Shown: one piece after another, positions 61,916 through 64,000 of the stretch | Position numbering within the stretch: the first letter of the stretch is position 1 | Layout: every line of letters starts with the position of its first letter | Notes under the pieces: generated by a model | Databases searched by the model: none | Told to the model about the DNA's origin: nothing | The model's input: the letters and a program-made list of their open reading frames with translations, nothing else | Translations under genes and position numbers: made by a program | From: Antedon mediterranea | Lineage: Eukaryota > Animalia > Echinodermata | Assembly: GCF_964355755.1 (NCBI RefSeq) | Contig: NC_092670.1 | Coordinates: forward strand, 31,298,388-31,362,387 | Reading direction: 5' to 3' | Length of the DNA: 64,000 nucleotides

Positions 61916-63249
61916 TTAAGATAAACAGGATTTATATTTCACAAACATAAAAAGTAATATAAAATATTAGGACAGATAACAAAATATAATTTAAACATAG
62001 AATATTGAATAAAAGTAATGGGATATTATTATTAACAAATTAATGAATGAATTTATATTTCAAAAACATAAAAACAATCAAATGATAATGATAAAAATGG
62101 ATACCATTAAAACATAACATATAATAGACTAAAAAAGTAGAATAAAAACAACAGGCTCAATTAACAATGGATATATACTTTATTTTGAAGATAAAAAAAA
62201 GATCAATTTATAAATTTATATTTCAAAGGCATAAAAAATGATAACATCAAAATAATAAAACCATTTAAAAAAAGCATAGAATTATATTTAATTGAATAAA
62301 AATGCAGAATAAAAATGTAAAAGGCTTAACACATATGGATATTAAAAAAACGCGGTAAATTAAATATAAATATCGGACGGAAACGAATCACAATATATTT
62401 AGTATCACCAATACCAGCATGAATATAATATGCATCTACAATGCACCCCTTCTTTTATGGAAAAAATAAAATCCTTTAAAAACATGTGGAACCATAGAAG
62501 TACAAAAAGGCCGAACTAGCTGGTGACAGATGAAATGAGTCGCGTTTGAAATCGGTTACGTTTTATTTTGGTCACGATAAAATCAACATCTGGTATTTTG
62601 TATAATGTGACATTATTGTAGATGATTTTTTATCATAGTCATAGTCATAGTCATAGTCATATATACTTTATTGTCCATTTAAAAAACAGAAATGTGATTT
62701 GAAAACTGGCAAAATACAAAAATATAAAATACAATTTACAATAACACACACAAAAAGTTAAGAGGCTAAAAATTGTTAAAATTAGATAAAAATTATCGGT
62801 TATCATATCGGTTGCTAATTTATATGGTGCGCTGTAGTTATATTTTTGTTGTTTCTATATTTTTACTTAAGTCAATTATGCAAATGATCATTTATTTGAA
62901 TATAGAACTTCAAATCATACGTTTGAGAATTTTTAAACCTCAAGAAGTAAAATAAGAATGTTTATTGAAGGCAATCTAACAATATTGTATTGGTTTACCC
63001 AAATAATTTGTTTTTTCATTCATACGACAAAATGTACTAGATCACGCCCTCACACATAGGCCTACTATACAACATTTTGGGCAAAATAAAAATGTTAGCG
63101 CCCGCTTTTTGGAAGCTGCCACCTTTTTGGTTTTAAAGTAAAAAAACATCGTTTTATGCTAAAAAAAAGTTATAATCCTGTATGTAAATACATGTACATC
63201 GCGCAGTCCCGGAAGCAATATGTATAAAATCTTTCTAGGCCGCGTGATG

Positions 63250-63715
63250 TCAAAGAATACAAGTACTTAGGAACAATCATAGATGATAAATTAAAATGGA
63301 GCAAAATACAAACATTTTATAAAAAGGGTTCAGCAACGACTGCACCTAGTGCACTTAAGAAATTTAAAGTAGATAACCAAATTCTAACTATGTTTTACAA
63401 ATCGATGGTACTTAGCGTGATATCTTTCTGTAATATGCTGTGTTGGGAAATAGTCTCAATGTAAAAGATAAGGGAAAACTACATAGAATCGTACGAAGAT
63501 CTAGTAAAAGGCTCAATATCCCTGAAATCGATCTCAATATAAGATTTGATGAGTCAGTATTATGCACTTGTAAAACGAATAATGGCAAATACAAACCATC
63601 CATTATATGTCGAGTATAACTTTTTATGGTCAGGGTGCCGTTTACGGAGTATTCTCTAACGAACTACAAGATATAGTAAATTGTTTGTACAAAGTTCAAT
63701 TAAAACTTTTAATAA
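63250..63715 (+). mobile_element. Degraded LINE ORF2 C-terminal fragment (Rex1/Babar-like)
   Basis: KEYKYLGTIIDDKLKW, LKKFKVDNQILTMFYKSMVLSV, HPLY...SG.RLRS, RTTRYSKLFV, with frameshifts. Confidence 0.75.
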
Positions 63716-64000
63716 GCAGTGCAATATACAGTTATGTATGGACTGATTTTGCGATATTTTACATTTTTTAAATAGAGTATTTTTTTTATGATACTGTATT
63801 TTAATATGGTACATATATTTACTTCAATAATTTTCAATAATCTGCAATACGCCTAGTCTTTCCTCAACACAATACACGAAGTTTTAGTTTAAGTTACGTG
63901 TTCTCTTTTATTTTTTTGTTGTAACAAGTTTGGTGTGAATGATGTACAGTATAATCTATATAATGTTTTACTTGTTATGTATGTAGTGTATTAAACGACA

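Overview
AT-rich, intron-containing invertebrate animal genomic DNA, not prokaryotic. (1) Positions 1-11323 form a giant, nearly perfect palindrome: arms of at least 5.65 kb, a 36-bp spacer at 5650-5685, and a left arm that runs off the window. It carries two convergent 3-exon ALKBH2 genes and two divergent, intronless, stop-interrupted Bcl-2-like ORFs. (2) About 12.4-33.1 kb is a tandem triplication of a small four-transmembrane (MS4A/CD20-like) gene on the minus strand: two complete copies and one 3'-truncated copy. Comparing the copies exposes several young insertions: two solo LTRs, a foldback element, a tRNA-bearing cassette in (TA)n, a 3.8-kb Helentron/HINE, a CR1 fragment and a MITE. 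(3) A frameshifted APE-RT LINE lies at 33.5-36.6 kb. (4) A 17-exon bifunctional pseudouridine-5'-phosphate glycosidase/pseudouridine kinase gene (+) contains a U12-type intron. (5) A 13-exon TTC38 gene (-) converges on it. The introns hold many non-autonomous DNA transposons (Academ-, hAT- and Kolobok-like), SINEs and minisatellites. Exon boundaries were read by eye, and family assignments rest on remembered motifs, not database searches.
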